Source of the DNA: Bacteroidales bacterium UBA5507
GTDB taxonomy: Bacteria; Bacteroidota; Bacteroidia; Bacteroidales; Lentimicrobiaceae
NCBI GenBank assembly: GCA_002426195.1
Contig: DIOT01000013.1
Span: forward strand, 55,938 to 119,937
Direction: 5' to 3'
Length of the DNA: 64,000 bases
The stretch's first letter is position 1. Each line of letters begins with the position of its first letter. Of this stretch, positions 1 through 10,645 are shown piece after piece. The translations under genes were made by a program, and so were the position numbers. Under the pieces are notes generated by a model that saw only the letters and a program-made list of their open reading frames with translations, did no database searches and had not been told where the DNA came from.

Positions 1-687
1 AATTCAAGAACAGGGAAACCGCTGATGGCTCCGCTATTCTTCTATGAGCCTGACAATAAAGATCTTTTGACATACGACTCTGCTTATATGTGGGGAGATG
101 CATTCCTGGTATCTCCCGTTCGTCGTCCAGGTGCTGTTTATCAGGAAATTTACCTTCCAAAGGGCAGCAATTGGATCGATTTCACAACAAATCAGCTATA
201 TCAGGGGGGCAAAACTATCAACTATGCACTTTCTATGAATAACATACCTGTATTTGTTAAGGGTGGTTCTTTCATTCCCATGCTTCCAGAACCCCTTAGT
301 GCCTCTGAATACGATATAAATAATCTTGAAATGCATTTCTATGTTGATAATAATGTCAGCAAATCAGAATACTCTCTTTACAATGATGATGGACTTACAG
401 CTGATGCTTTCGAAAAAGGGTTGTATGAAATGCTCAACTTCTCGGCATATAATAATCCTGAATCTCTGAACGTTGAGTTGTATAAGGAAACAAGCTCACC
501 AAAGTATCTTAAAACTACATACGACATCAAACTTTGTATATATAGTCTTGAGTACAGACCTAAGTCAGTTTCTATCAATGGTAAGAAGATTAAATCCAAA
601 GAAATCTCGTGGAATCCTGTAACTAATAAATTAATTGTCAATGTAAAATGTGGAACAGAAATAACCACTGTTGACATCAGTAAATAG
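1..687 (+). CDS. C-terminal part of a GH31 alpha-glucosidase/xylosidase-type glycoside hydrolase (5'-truncated by window edge)
   Basis: Frame is open from base 1 (NSRTGKPLMAPLFF...). The motifs YMWGDAFLVSPV, IYLPKG..W, IPVFVKGGSFIP and LYNDDG are typical of GH31 C-terminal beta-domains. Confidence 0.8.
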   Translation, partial: NSRTGKPLMAPLFFYEPDNKDLLTYDSAYMWGDAFLVSPVRRPGAVYQEIYLPKGSNWIDFTTNQLYQGGKTINYALSMNNIPVFVKGGSFIPMLPEPLSASEYDINNLEMHFYVDNNVSKSEYSLYNDDGLTADAFEKGLYEMLNFSAYNNPESLNVELYKETSSPKYLKTTYDIKLCIYSLEYRPKSVSINGKKIKSKEISWNPVTNKLIVNVKCGTEITTVDISK

Positions 688-689
688 AC

Positions 690-697
690 TAATTTTG
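690..697 (+). promoter_or_regulatory. Bacteroidota sigma70 -7 box (TAATTTTG)
   Basis: Exact TAnnTTTG match about 60 bp upstream of the 756 start. Confidence 0.55.
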
Positions 698-755
698 CCA
701 AAGTAAATCTTCAATCATCAGAGTAAATTGAATCAACACTAACCGCGCAATATTT

Positions 756-1616
756 ATGAAAAAGGCAATTCTATTCATTTTTTCAGGCATCCTGCTCTTT
801 GGTTGTAACAACAATAAAAAAGAACTTGAAGCCTTGCAGTCGAGTTACGACAGCCTTCTTAGCATAGGCTTCACAAAGGACACTGCTATATTTTCATACA
901 TCGAATCATTCAATCAGATTCAGGCAAACCTCGACTCAATCAAAAGAGCTGAGCTTCTTATCTCACAAAGTACTGAAGGTAATGGAGAACTGGAAGTGAG
1001 CAAACAGGAGCAGATTAACCGTGAACTGAATATGATTTACGACATGCTCAGAAAGAATAAACAAACCATTGCCGAATTACGTGCTAATCTGAAAAGGACC
1101 GGGGGAAAAGCTTCTGAACTCGAAAAAATGGTTGAACGCCTGGCACAACAGGTTGAAGATAAAGATGCTCAAATAGGTCAGCTCACTCAACAACTGGAAG
1201 GTATGAACATTCAGATTGAGATCCTTAACACGGATGTCGCTAATTTAAAAGCTGAAGGAGAATCAAAGAGTCAGACAATTCAGGAGCAAACAACTGCTCT
1301 GAATACAGCCTGGTTTGTCGTTGGGACTAAGCGTGAATTGCTCGATCAGAATGTTATAACACGTGAAGGAGGATTCGCAGGGATCGGTGCCAATAAAAAG
1401 CTGAAGGACAACTTTAATCGTGATTACTTTACAACTGTCGATATCACAACGTTAAGGTCAATTCCACTTACAAAGAAAAAAGCGACAATTGTAACATCGC
1501 ATCCATCGGGTTCATATAAGATTTATGGTACATCAAAAGCCAGTGATAGCCTGGTTATTACCAATCCGAGAGAATTCTGGTCAGTATCTAAATATCTGGT
1601 TGTACTGGTAGACTAA
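756..1616 (+). CDS. Coiled-coil lipoprotein, conserved Bacteroidales family (Cbp1-like)
   Basis: Lipobox LLFGC, long heptad-rich middle, and C-terminal motifs AWFVVGTKREL, FNRDYFT, TSHPSGSY, ITNPREFWSVSKYLVV. Confidence 0.7.
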   Translation: MKKAILFIFSGILLFGCNNNKKELEALQSSYDSLLSIGFTKDTAIFSYIESFNQIQANLDSIKRAELLISQSTEGNGELEVSKQEQINRELNMIYDMLRKNKQTIAELRANLKRTGGKASELEKMVERLAQQVEDKDAQIGQLTQQLEGMNIQIEILNTDVANLKAEGESKSQTIQEQTTALNTAWFVVGTKRELLDQNVITREGGFAGIGANKKLKDNFNRDYFTTVDITTLRSIPLTKKKATIVTSHPSGSYKIYGTSKASDSLVITNPREFWSVSKYLVVLVD

Positions 1617-1638
1617 CTTTGATCAGAATATTCGAAAT

Positions 1639-1672
1639 AAAAAATGCCCTGAACAGTTCAGGGCATTTTTTT
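1639..1672. terminator. Bidirectional intrinsic terminator
   Basis: Perfect inverted repeat aaaaaatgccctgaac-a-gttcagggcatttttt between convergent genes, with A and T tracts on either side. Confidence 0.9.
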
Positions 1673-1700
1673 ATGCTGATAGATCAAATTATTTAAAGTC

Positions 1701-2183
1701 TTAGTTGAACAGACCCATATCCACTGCCAGGGCTTTTATCTGATCTTCCTTTATTTTGTGAACTGATTCACTAGTTTTTGCAATTTTTTTCATCATAAAC
1801 TTCTCAAGGAAGTTCATTCTTTCAAACAAAATTTCTCCTCCTGTAAGCTTTGAACTAATTGCATGAGATCTTAGTGTTTGAGGGAATGCCATCTCGAATT
1901 GAGCATTTGCTTTTTCATTCTCTTCCATGCAACTAAGAAATAATCCCAAAGGTTTTGAAGTCAGGATCGTTTCATTCTGCTTGCAAAACTTCTGAAGTTT
2001 GGACTGAACTTTTCCTGCGTGAATAGATCCACCTACAATAATTTTATCGTAACTATTCAGATCTAAGTTCCTGGCTTTTTTCAGGTCAATGACATCGGTC
2101 TCCTCCCTTGCCATCTCCTTTAACATATTTGCCACCCTCTCTGTGGTGCCATGGTGAGAAACATAAATAATGGCTGTTTTCAT
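1701..2183 (-). CDS. Flavodoxin-domain protein (HemG-like family)
   Basis: FMN-binding loop YVSHHGTTERVA, IIVGGSIHAGK, and the GG..F..MNFLEKFMMKKI insert of long-chain HemG-like flavodoxins. Confidence 0.75.
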   Translation of the reverse strand: MKTAIIYVSHHGTTERVANMLKEMAREETDVIDLKKARNLDLNSYDKIIVGGSIHAGKVQSKLQKFCKQNETILTSKPLGLFLSCMEENEKANAQFEMAFPQTLRSHAISSKLTGGEILFERMNFLEKFMMKKIAKTSESVHKIKEDQIKALAVDMGLFN

Positions 2184-2230
2184 AGTGTGGTTAAATTGTG
2201 AAACATTAAATTAACTGTCAGATAGTGAAT

Positions 2231-2659
2231 TTATCGTGGTATTGTGTCATAATCTGTTTCGGTGGTTAACACACCTGCATCATTAAAAAACCTCCAGACT
2301 CCCACTCTCTCTCCATCTTTAAAATTACCTTCATAATAAACCTTGCCATTCTCATGATATACAGTCCTTTTACCTTCACTTAATCCATTTCTGAATTCCC
2401 CTTCACTCCATAACTGGCCATTTTCAAACCACGAAGCCCAGTACCCTTCTCTCTTATTATCTTTGTAGTTGCCTTCAATATATTTCTGACCATTAGGATG
2501 ATAATGCACTTCCTTTATTAATTCCTTCTCTCCATTCACCTTCTTATAAGTCTTTTCAACTTTTATTTTACCATCCTCGTACTTTTCGGTTTCAGTAGTT
2601 GTCCTGTTGCAGGCAACAAACATTAGTAAAGCCCATGAAATAATAAGTAATCGTTTCAT
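2231..2659 (-). CDS. MORN-variant repeat lipoprotein (YwqK-like)
   Basis: Lipobox FVAC. Repeated Y/FxxNGxxxxEGxYxxGxxxGxW units. Confidence 0.8.
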   Translation of the reverse strand: MKRLLIISWALLMFVACNRTTTETEKYEDGKIKVEKTYKKVNGEKELIKEVHYHPNGQKYIEGNYKDNKREGYWASWFENGQLWSEGEFRNGLSEGKRTVYHENGKVYYEGNFKDGERVGVWRFFNDAGVLTTETDYDTIPR

Positions 2660-2683
2660 CAGTCAAATCAGTTATTGAAGTAA

Positions 2684-4033
2684 TTAGTTATTAAAAAGTA
2701 ATCGCTGGCCTTTAACTTCCTCGTGGAAAACTCCATCTTCCCATGCCAGATGTCCACCTACAAATGTATGTGTAATCCTCGAATGGAATTCCGTACCCAT
2801 GAAAGGCGACCAGCCACATTTATATAGTATATTTTCATCCGAAACAACCCACGGTGAATTGGTATCCACCAAAGTAAGATCTGCATGATATCCTTTACGT
2901 ATATAACCTCTGTTCTTTATATTGAAGACTTTTGCAGGTGAGTGACACATCTTTTCCACTACCAGATCAAGACTGGTTTTGCCCTGATGAACAAGCTCCA
3001 GCATCGCAGTGAGGGAATGTTGAACAAGAGGACCACCGGAAGGACAGCTCAGGTATCCTTTGGATTTTTCATCCTTTGTATGCGGTGCATGGTCTGTCGC
3101 AATAATATCAATGCGGTTTTCAGTAATGGCCTTTAGCAAGGCTGCCCTGTCATTCTTTGTCTTGATTGCAGGATTCCACTTTATATGTGATCCCAACCGT
3201 TCATAATCCTCATCGCTGAACCATAAATGATGGACACATACTTCAGCAGTGATACGCTTGGATTCATTATAGGGTATTGCATCAAACAAACTCATCTCAT
3301 CTGCTGTCGACAAATGAAGAACATGAAGTCGTGTATTGTATTTCTTTGCAAGATTAACAGCAAAAGCTGAAGACTTGTAACAAGCTTCCCTGCTTCTTAT
3401 GAGATGATGAACATTTACCGGTATTTCATCACCATATTGAGATTTAAAACCAGCCAGGTTCTCACGGATAGTGGGTTCATCTTCGCAATGAACAGCAATT
3501 AAGCCCCGGCATCCGGCAAACAATCCTTCAATAGTCTGAAGGTTGTTGACCAGCATATTACCGGTTGAAGCTCCAAGGAACATCTTAATACCACATACCT
3601 TTGAAAAGTCTGTCTTTAGCACCTCTTCAAGGTTGTCATTTGAAACACCCATATAGAAAGAGTAGTTTGCCAAAGACTTCTCAGATGCAATCCGGTATTT
3701 ATCCTCTAAAAGTTCCTGTGTAAGTGTATTTGGAACAGTATTAGGCATATCCATAAAAGAAGTAACACCACCTGCGACGGCAGCCCTGCTTTCTGAATAA
3801 ATATCTCCTTTATGAGTTAACCCGGGATCTCTGAAGTGAACCTGATCGTCAATAACCCCAGGTAAAAGCAACTTTTGCTGAGCATCAATTACTATAGCAT
3901 GCTGAGGAGCTTCAACATCACCTTCTGAGATATCAGCTATGAGTCCATTTTCAATGAGAAGATTACCAATAAACCTTTCTCCCGCATTAACAATGCAGGC
4001 ATTTTTTATTAATGTAACCGGATATTTTTTCAC
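2684..4033 (-). CDS. pyrC: Dihydroorotase
   Basis: PGVIDDQVHFRDPG, DMPNT, KWNPAIK, ATDHAPH: amidohydrolase dihydroorotase motifs. Confidence 0.9.
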   Translation of the reverse strand: MKKYPVTLIKNACIVNAGERFIGNLLIENGLIADISEGDVEAPQHAIVIDAQQKLLLPGVIDDQVHFRDPGLTHKGDIYSESRAAVAGGVTSFMDMPNTVPNTLTQELLEDKYRIASEKSLANYSFYMGVSNDNLEEVLKTDFSKVCGIKMFLGASTGNMLVNNLQTIEGLFAGCRGLIAVHCEDEPTIRENLAGFKSQYGDEIPVNVHHLIRSREACYKSSAFAVNLAKKYNTRLHVLHLSTADEMSLFDAIPYNESKRITAEVCVHHLWFSDEDYERLGSHIKWNPAIKTKNDRAALLKAITENRIDIIATDHAPHTKDEKSKGYLSCPSGGPLVQHSLTAMLELVHQGKTSLDLVVEKMCHSPAKVFNIKNRGYIRKGYHADLTLVDTNSPWVVSDENILYKCGWSPFMGTEFHSRITHTFVGGHLAWEDGVFHEEVKGQRLLFNN

Positions 4034-4034
4034 A

Positions 4035-4790
4035 TTATGAACGTTGTGCTTCTTGGCTGACTACACGCTTATTAGGTCTTATTTTCTTAAACCTTAACTG
4101 AATAACCCCAAGGATTGCTTCCTTAAATATTCCGCGGCTCATTTTGCTTTCGCCTTCGGTGCGATCGGTAAAGATAATAGGGACTTCAATAATCTTAAAA
4201 CCTAACTTCCATGCTGTATACTTCATTTCAATCTGGAAAGCATAGCCTGTAAACTTTATTTTATCGAAGTCAATTGCTTCAAGCAGAGTACGGCGATAGC
4301 ATTTAAACCCTGCTGTAGTGTCCATCACTTTCATTCCTGTAACTGTACGGACATAGGAAGAGGCAAAATAGCTCATCAGAACCCTGCCCATTGGCCAGTT
4401 AACAACGTTAACTCCTTTGATATACCTTGATCCTATAGCAACATCTGCACCTTGATTGGCACAGGCGTTATGAAGCCGCATCAGGTCATCGGGATTATGC
4501 GAGAAATCAGCATCCATTTCAAAAATATACTGATAATCTCTCTGCAAAGCCCATTTAAAACCATGAATATAAGCGGTGCCAAGACCAAGTTTTCCTTTCC
4601 GCTCTTCAATAAAGAGCCTTTCGGGAAATTGAGTCATCAATCTTTTGACTATGGCAGCTGTGCCATCAGGCGAATTATCCTCAATTATGAGAATATCAAA
4701 TTCCATTTCGAGAGAAAAAACTTTGCGAATGATACGCTCAATATTCTCCTTTTCGTTGAATGTAGGGATTACGACCAGATTTTCCTTCAC
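4035..4790 (-). CDS. Polyprenol-phosphate mannose synthase-like GT2 glycosyltransferase
   Basis: IPTFNEKENI, EDNSPDGT, KLGLGTAY, EMDADFSH, GYAFQIEM: DPM1-like motifs. Confidence 0.88.
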   Translation of the reverse strand: MKENLVVIPTFNEKENIERIIRKVFSLEMEFDILIIEDNSPDGTAAIVKRLMTQFPERLFIEERKGKLGLGTAYIHGFKWALQRDYQYIFEMDADFSHNPDDLMRLHNACANQGADVAIGSRYIKGVNVVNWPMGRVLMSYFASSYVRTVTGMKVMDTTAGFKCYRRTLLEAIDFDKIKFTGYAFQIEMKYTAWKLGFKIIEVPIIFTDRTEGESKMSRGIFKEAILGVIQLRFKKIRPNKRVVSQEAQRS

Positions 4791-4928
4791 TGTGACAGGT
4801 GTTAAAGTAGCGAAATTATAAAAAAATTCCGCTTCGAAAACTTAAAAAATTAAAAGAACTTAAAAAATTGAAATTTGAATTGTACTATCGAATTATTAGT
4901 CTGAATTATAGCTTTTAATAATACTATT

Positions 4929-5966
4929 CTACATCTTCTTTTTAAGAATCAAATAAACCGGGAAATGGTCACTATAACCACCCAGATAAGCGCCTCCCGC
5001 AAAGGTTCGTAAAGGATAACCTTTGTATTGCCCTTCTTTTTGAATAAGGAATTGCTCATTGAAAATGCGGGCGGAATGCAGGCTCCATTTAGTCGGATCC
5101 TCATCATTAACAACAACCGGTGATACTATGATCTGATCAAAAAGATTCCAGGCGTCTCTGTATGCAAGTGAACCTATTCCATCCTGGAAAAGCTTGTGAT
5201 ATGGATTATAAAGTCCCGATTTTCTCGCATCTTTAATTTTCCCTTTTGCTCCCAGATGAACCATAACGCTTGGATCTGAAGGGTCATCATTAAGGTCACC
5301 CATTATAAAAATCTTTGCATTCGGATCAATGGCTTTTAATGAATCACTCAATTGTTTTGAAAGCATTCCGGCAGCCGCTCTGTATTCAGGACCTGCACCA
5401 CGGGAAGGCCAGTGATTAACAATGACATGAATCATTTCACCATCAAGCTTTCCGCTAACAACCAACTGATCACGACTAAACCAATCTTTCCTTCCCGGCA
5501 TAGTGAGTCGGTTTGACGTCGAATTCACAACCTCAAACGCACCTTTACGATAAAGTAATCCAACATCCACTCCCCTTTTATCGGGTGAATCGTAGTGTAC
5601 GATTTCATAGCCTGAGTTCTTGAGCTGAGGAGTTTCAATCAAATCTTCGAGTACTGAGCGGTTCTCAATTTCTGAAACACCAAGAATTGCAGGCCCACCG
5701 GGTATTACATCCGAACCGATACGACTAATAACAGTAGCCATATTTGAAAGCTTCTCCATATACCTTGACCCGGTCCAACGGTTAGCACCTCCGGGAAGAA
5801 ATTCGGCATCATTGGTTCTGGGATCATCTATCGTATCAAATAGATTTTCGAGATTATAAAAAGATATGATAGCGCCCTTAACCCTATCCTGAGCAGACAA
5901 ATTAAAATTAAAGAACAATACAGCAGATAAGGCTGCAAAAATAAAACGGATGTTACGAGATGACAT
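4929..5966 (-). CDS. Secreted endonuclease/exonuclease/phosphatase (DNase I-like) family protein
   Basis: FYNLENLFD, VSEIEN, NHWPSR, MGDLND, LFDQI, GYSDHFPV catalytic motifs and a signal peptide. Start moved from 6017 to ATG 5966 because a -7 box lies at 6004-6011. Confidence 0.88.
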   Translation of the reverse strand: MSSRNIRFIFAALSAVLFFNFNLSAQDRVKGAIISFYNLENLFDTIDDPRTNDAEFLPGGANRWTGSRYMEKLSNMATVISRIGSDVIPGGPAILGVSEIENRSVLEDLIETPQLKNSGYEIVHYDSPDKRGVDVGLLYRKGAFEVVNSTSNRLTMPGRKDWFSRDQLVVSGKLDGEMIHVIVNHWPSRGAGPEYRAAAGMLSKQLSDSLKAIDPNAKIFIMGDLNDDPSDPSVMVHLGAKGKIKDARKSGLYNPYHKLFQDGIGSLAYRDAWNLFDQIIVSPVVVNDEDPTKWSLHSARIFNEQFLIQKEGQYKGYPLRTFAGGAYLGGYSDHFPVYLILKKKM

Positions 5967-6003
5967 GCTGTTGTATGAGTAAAAATAAATTAATTTAATG
6001 CCG

Positions 6004-6011
6004 CAAATATA
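6004..6011 (-). promoter_or_regulatory. -7 box (TATATTTG) for the EEP nuclease
   Basis: Exact TAnnTTTG on the minus strand, 38 bp upstream of ATG 5966. Confidence 0.6.
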
Positions 6012-6177
6012 GTGCATTAAAAATTACCTTAAGCATCTGAGTGTAAGCGAAAAATTGTTTCCTTTGCACTCAATTTCGCAAATTTTTAATGGGTTTGGGG
6101 GACAACTTACCTGACGCGATTATTAAAAACTAGATTAATATTGTCAAACTCTTAATAACAACCTAATAAACCAGTTC

Positions 6178-8886
6178 ATGATTAAACGATTATTATTAAT
6201 TCTGCTGGTGCTCGGACCGGTTATGGGAATCTATGCCCAAACCTTTACAGTCACAGGGCGAATAACCGATTCGGAAAAAGAAATTAACCTTCCGGCGGTT
6301 CTTGTTCGAATTGGCACTCAGCAAACCGCCAGTCGCGCTGACGGATCATTTGAATTGCAGGGAATTTCTCAGGGTGAAGCTGTTATTGACTTCTCACTTA
6401 ACGGTTATGAAGATCTCATGAAGCAGATAAATGTCCAGTCAGATACTGATTTGGGCATAGTTACCCTTAAACCCGAACCGGTTTCAGATCTGAATGCAGG
6501 CCTTGCAGAGCTAAGCCTTGCTTCGCTCGATTCCGATGATGATTCCCGTTCACAGAACATCTCGGGACTTCTTAGCTCTTCTAACGATGTTTTTGTATCG
6601 GCAGCATCCTATACCTTTAGCTCAGCTTACTTCAGAATGAGAGGTTACGATGCCGACTTAAACAACACTTATTTAAGTAACAGCCCAATTAACGATGCTG
6701 AAACAGGTCGTACTCTCTGGGCTCTTTGGGGAGGACTGAATGACGCTACACGTAATAAAGTTTCTGTCAACGGGTTAGCACCTTCCAATTTTTCTTTCGG
6801 AAATCTGGGCAGTGTCACAAATATTATAACACGTGCATCACAACACAGAGCGCAAACCAAGTTAACATACAGCAGCACCAACCGTACTTACACTAACCGA
6901 CTAATGTTGACTCACTCGACCGGTTTGATGGACAATAATTGGGCATTTACCATCAGCGCTTCCAAAAGATGGGGTAATGGTGGCTATGTCGAAGGCACAT
7001 ATTATGATGCCTATGCTTGGTTTATTGGCGTAGAAAAACGACTCAATCAGCATCACAGTCTTGCCTTTACCGCTTTGGCTGCCCCCGTTAAGCGTGGTAT
7101 GCAGGGTGGTTCTATTCAGGAAGTTTATGATTTGACTGATAATAACTTCTATAACCCTAATTGGGGATACCAGGATGGCGAAGTACGTAATGCAAGAATA
7201 CGTACTATGAATCAGCCGATTATGGTCCTCAATCATTACTGGAAGCTCAATAACAGTACTCAGATAACCAGTACGGCTTCTTATCTTTTCGGGAAAACAT
7301 CAACCAGTTCTCTTAACTGGTACAATGCTGCAGATCCAAGACCTGACTATTACAGATATCTCCCGAGCTATTTCCCGACTCCTGATTATGAATCATTCAT
7401 CGGTGAAACAATGGCTGAAAAATGGAGAAACGATCCTTCGGTAAGGCAGATTAACTGGGATCGCCTTTATCAGGTGAATTACCTTGGCAACCTGATGGGT
7501 GAACAAGCTCATTACATCATTGAAGACCGTCATAACGACCAGTCACAAATCAACCTTTCTTCCTTTATTAATCATGAATTAAGCAAAGGAAGACTCAGTG
7601 GTGGAATTGAATATTCATCATACACCGGTAGCTATTATAAAGTTTTGAACGACCTTCTTGGTGGGAACTTCTGGGTTGATATTGATCAATTCGCTGAACG
7701 TGACTTTCCGGGAAACGACACAACAATTCAAAATGACCTGACTAATCCAAATCGTATTATTAAAGAAGGTGATAGATTTGGTTATGACTACAAACTACAT
7801 CAAAATAGTGGTAACATCTGGGGATTGGCAAAGTTTTCAACACATAAACTTGACTACTATGCCGGTGCACAGTTATCATATACCGCATTCTGGAGGGAAG
7901 GATTCATGAAAAATGGCCGTGCCCCCGGAAACTCACTTGGTAATTCGGAAAAGACAGACTTCTTCGCCTATGCGCTTAAAGCCGGTGGTACATATAAACT
8001 CACAGGTCGCCATTTCTTCGAAGTTAATGGTGCTTATATGACCCGTGCTCCATATATCCGTAACTCATTCTTATCACCCAGAACAAAAGACGCTCTTACA
8101 CCTGATATCAAGAGCGAGAAAATACTCAGCGGTGAAATTAGTTACCATATGAGAGCTCCTCTGGCAAAAGTCCGTGTTACAGCATATTACACTACCTTCA
8201 GTGATCAGAGTGAAATTACAGGATTCTACCATGATGACTACCGTACTTTCGTTAACTATGTAATGTATAGCATTAACAAGACTCATCAGGGTATTGAAGC
8301 AGGTGCTGAAGTTAAACTGCTTCCACAACTTTCTGCAGTTGTTGCCGGTAATCTTGGTAATTACAGATTCACAAACCGACCATTTGCAACAATTTCATTT
8401 GAAAACGGATCACGTCCCGATACAACAGCTCTTATCTACCAAAACAACTTCTATGTTTCCGGAACACCGCAAACAGCAGGTTCATTTGGTTTGAAATATG
8501 CAGGCCCGGGATACCTCTTTGTTGAAGCAAGTGTTAACTATTACGACAACATTTACCTTGATTTCAACCCTGAGCGTCGTACTTCTCTGGCAATTGAGAA
8601 CCTGGGTCCCGGTGATCCTATGATTGGGAATATTACCCGTCAGGAAAAACTACCTAATGGTTATACCCTGGATCTTTCAATTGGTAAATCATTCAGAATT
8701 AATGGCAAATACTTCCTGCAACTTAACCTGAGTGTGAATAACCTGTTGGACAACAAAGAAATCATCACCGGAGGTTACGAACAAAACCGCTTTGATTTCG
8801 AGACTAAGAACATAGGCAAGTTCCCGCCAAAATATTACTATGCTTACGGAAGAAATTACTTCCTTAATATTGGATTCCGCTTTTAA
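6178..8886 (+). CDS. TonB-dependent receptor-like outer-membrane protein (non-SusC type)
   Basis: Signal peptide, N-terminal carboxypeptidase-regulatory-like domain, plug-like FRMRGYD segment, amphipathic beta-strands, LSVNNLLD and terminal Phe (IGFRF). Confidence 0.85.
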   Translation: MIKRLLLILLVLGPVMGIYAQTFTVTGRITDSEKEINLPAVLVRIGTQQTASRADGSFELQGISQGEAVIDFSLNGYEDLMKQINVQSDTDLGIVTLKPEPVSDLNAGLAELSLASLDSDDDSRSQNISGLLSSSNDVFVSAASYTFSSAYFRMRGYDADLNNTYLSNSPINDAETGRTLWALWGGLNDATRNKVSVNGLAPSNFSFGNLGSVTNIITRASQHRAQTKLTYSSTNRTYTNRLMLTHSTGLMDNNWAFTISASKRWGNGGYVEGTYYDAYAWFIGVEKRLNQHHSLAFTALAAPVKRGMQGGSIQEVYDLTDNNFYNPNWGYQDGEVRNARIRTMNQPIMVLNHYWKLNNSTQITSTASYLFGKTSTSSLNWYNAADPRPDYYRYLPSYFPTPDYESFIGETMAEKWRNDPSVRQINWDRLYQVNYLGNLMGEQAHYIIEDRHNDQSQINLSSFINHELSKGRLSGGIEYSSYTGSYYKVLNDLLGGNFWVDIDQFAERDFPGNDTTIQNDLTNPNRIIKEGDRFGYDYKLHQNSGNIWGLAKFSTHKLDYYAGAQLSYTAFWREGFMKNGRAPGNSLGNSEKTDFFAYALKAGGTYKLTGRHFFEVNGAYMTRAPYIRNSFLSPRTKDALTPDIKSEKILSGEISYHMRAPLAKVRVTAYYTTFSDQSEITGFYHDDYRTFVNYVMYSINKTHQGIEAGAEVKLLPQLSAVVAGNLGNYRFTNRPFATISFENGSRPDTTALIYQNNFYVSGTPQTAGSFGLKYAGPGYLFVEASVNYYDNIYLDFNPERRTSLAIENLGPGDPMIGNITRQEKLPNGYTLDLSIGKSFRINGKYFLQLNLSVNNLLDNKEIITGGYEQNRFDFETKNIGKFPPKYYYAYGRNYFLNIGFRF

Positions 8887-8915
8887 ATTAAACCTTAACA
8901 ATCATCAATAAGAAA

Positions 8916-10598
8916 ATGAAAAATATTAGAAACATACTTGCATTACTCCTGATAACCCTATCAACAGGTTTCATAACAAGTTGTGTAAAAGGAGAATTCG
9001 ACGAACCACCTATCAATATTCCAACTGTTGATTTTGACGCCAATATGACTATCGCCGACTTAAAGGCTTCATATACTGGTCTTGCCGAAATTACTGAAGA
9101 TCACATTATTCAAGGTATTGTTACTGCTAACGATGAAAGCGGTAACCTTTACAAAAAAATGACCATTCAGGATGCAACAGGTGCTATTGAACTTGCAATT
9201 GACCAAACTAACCTGGCAACTGAGTATAAAGTCGGACAAAAAGTATTAGTTAAACTCAAAGGCCTATATATAGGTGATTATAACAAGCTTATTCAGATTG
9301 GATATATCTATCAGGGTGGTATTGGAAGAATGCCGGCTACTCTTATTGAAGGGCACCTTTATCGCGACAGTCTCCCCGGTCGTGCTCCACAACCTGAAGT
9401 AATGGCTATTTCAGAGTTAGGCACGCCTACTGATATGGACTTACGTGTTAGTCGCCTTGTAACTTTTGAGGATGTTACATTTGCTGAGATTGGTGAAGTA
9501 TATGCTCCACAAACAGCTGATGCTACCAATCGCACACTTATGGATCAGAGTGGCAAAACTCTTATTGTTCGCACAAGCAAATATTCAAACTTCTCTAATG
9601 ACACAATCCCTGCAGGTTATGGAAACGTTACAGGTATTCTTACTGTTTTTGGAACAACCTGGCAACTGACTATCCGTGATATAAATGATGTTAAAGACTT
9701 CTCAGGCATTGTACCTCCACCTCCGGGAAACGGTGATGGAACATTCGAAGATCCATATGATGTAACATCTGCAATGGCTCTTACCAGCAGTACACCTGTA
9801 TGGGTTAAAGGTTATATTGTCGGAGTAGTTGAAACCGGTGGAACTGAGTTCGTACCTAACTTCGTAGGACCATTTGCAACAAATAGTAATCTCCTGATTG
9901 CTCTGAATCCCGAAGAAACAAATCAACTGAATTGTTTAACCGTTCAATTACCTGTCGGTCCTATCAGAGATGCTTTGAATCTCGTAACCACTCCCGGTAA
10001 TCTTGGAAAGGAGGCAATGGTGCTTGGTACTCTTGAGGCTTACTTCAGTCAACCGGGTGTAAAAAATCTTTCTGGTTACTGGCTTGATGGTAATGGAATT
10101 ATTCCTGCTTCAGGATTCTTCACAGAAGAATTCAACGGTTCGCTGGGCACTTTTACTCAATACAGTGTTGCAGGTGAGCAAGTTTGGGAAGGACAGACTT
10201 ATGACGGCGGTTGTGTAACCATGACAGGATTCGTAAATCCCAACAGAATTCCTAATGAAGACTGGTTAATTTCTCCATCAATTTCACTTGCCGGAAAGAC
10301 AGGCGTTAAGATGATCTTCAGAGAAGCAATGAACTATGCAGGAAACATCAATGAAGAGGCAAAAGTATTCGTTTCAGTCAATTACAGCGGAAGTGGTGAT
10401 CCAAATGAAGCCGACTGGACCGAACTAACAGGTTTCACCAGATCACCCGGAAACTCATGGGGATTTGTTGATACAGAAGCAATAGATCTTTCTGATTTCG
10501 ATGGTCAGAACATTACAGTTGCTTTCAGATATACAAGCACTACAGAAGTGGCCGGAACCTGGGAAATCAGCAGAATGCTCCTCACAAACTCAAAGTAA
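8916..10598 (+). CDS. Surface lipoprotein with DUF5689-like (OB-fold) N-terminus and C-terminal beta-sandwich domains
   Basis: Lipobox ITSC. IQGIVTANDESGNLYK..IQDATGAI (DUF5689-like), GDGTFEDPY..WVKGYIVG module, and NEDWLISP (cleaved-adhesin/choice-of-anchor-J-like). Confidence 0.75.
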   Translation: MKNIRNILALLLITLSTGFITSCVKGEFDEPPINIPTVDFDANMTIADLKASYTGLAEITEDHIIQGIVTANDESGNLYKKMTIQDATGAIELAIDQTNLATEYKVGQKVLVKLKGLYIGDYNKLIQIGYIYQGGIGRMPATLIEGHLYRDSLPGRAPQPEVMAISELGTPTDMDLRVSRLVTFEDVTFAEIGEVYAPQTADATNRTLMDQSGKTLIVRTSKYSNFSNDTIPAGYGNVTGILTVFGTTWQLTIRDINDVKDFSGIVPPPPGNGDGTFEDPYDVTSAMALTSSTPVWVKGYIVGVVETGGTEFVPNFVGPFATNSNLLIALNPEETNQLNCLTVQLPVGPIRDALNLVTTPGNLGKEAMVLGTLEAYFSQPGVKNLSGYWLDGNGIIPASGFFTEEFNGSLGTFTQYSVAGEQVWEGQTYDGGCVTMTGFVNPNRIPNEDWLISPSISLAGKTGVKMIFREAMNYAGNINEEAKVFVSVNYSGSGDPNEADWTELTGFTRSPGNSWGFVDTEAIDLSDFDGQNITVAFRYTSTTEVAGTWEISRMLLTNSK

Positions 10599-10645
10599 AA
10601 CAACTTTATCAGGACACATAACACTTATAGTGTATACAATACAAC

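Noticed and set aside
2231-2659. Toxin-antitoxin system implied by the YwqK-like label
   Set aside because: It is a MORN-repeat lipoprotein in a housekeeping operon with no adjacent toxin gene.
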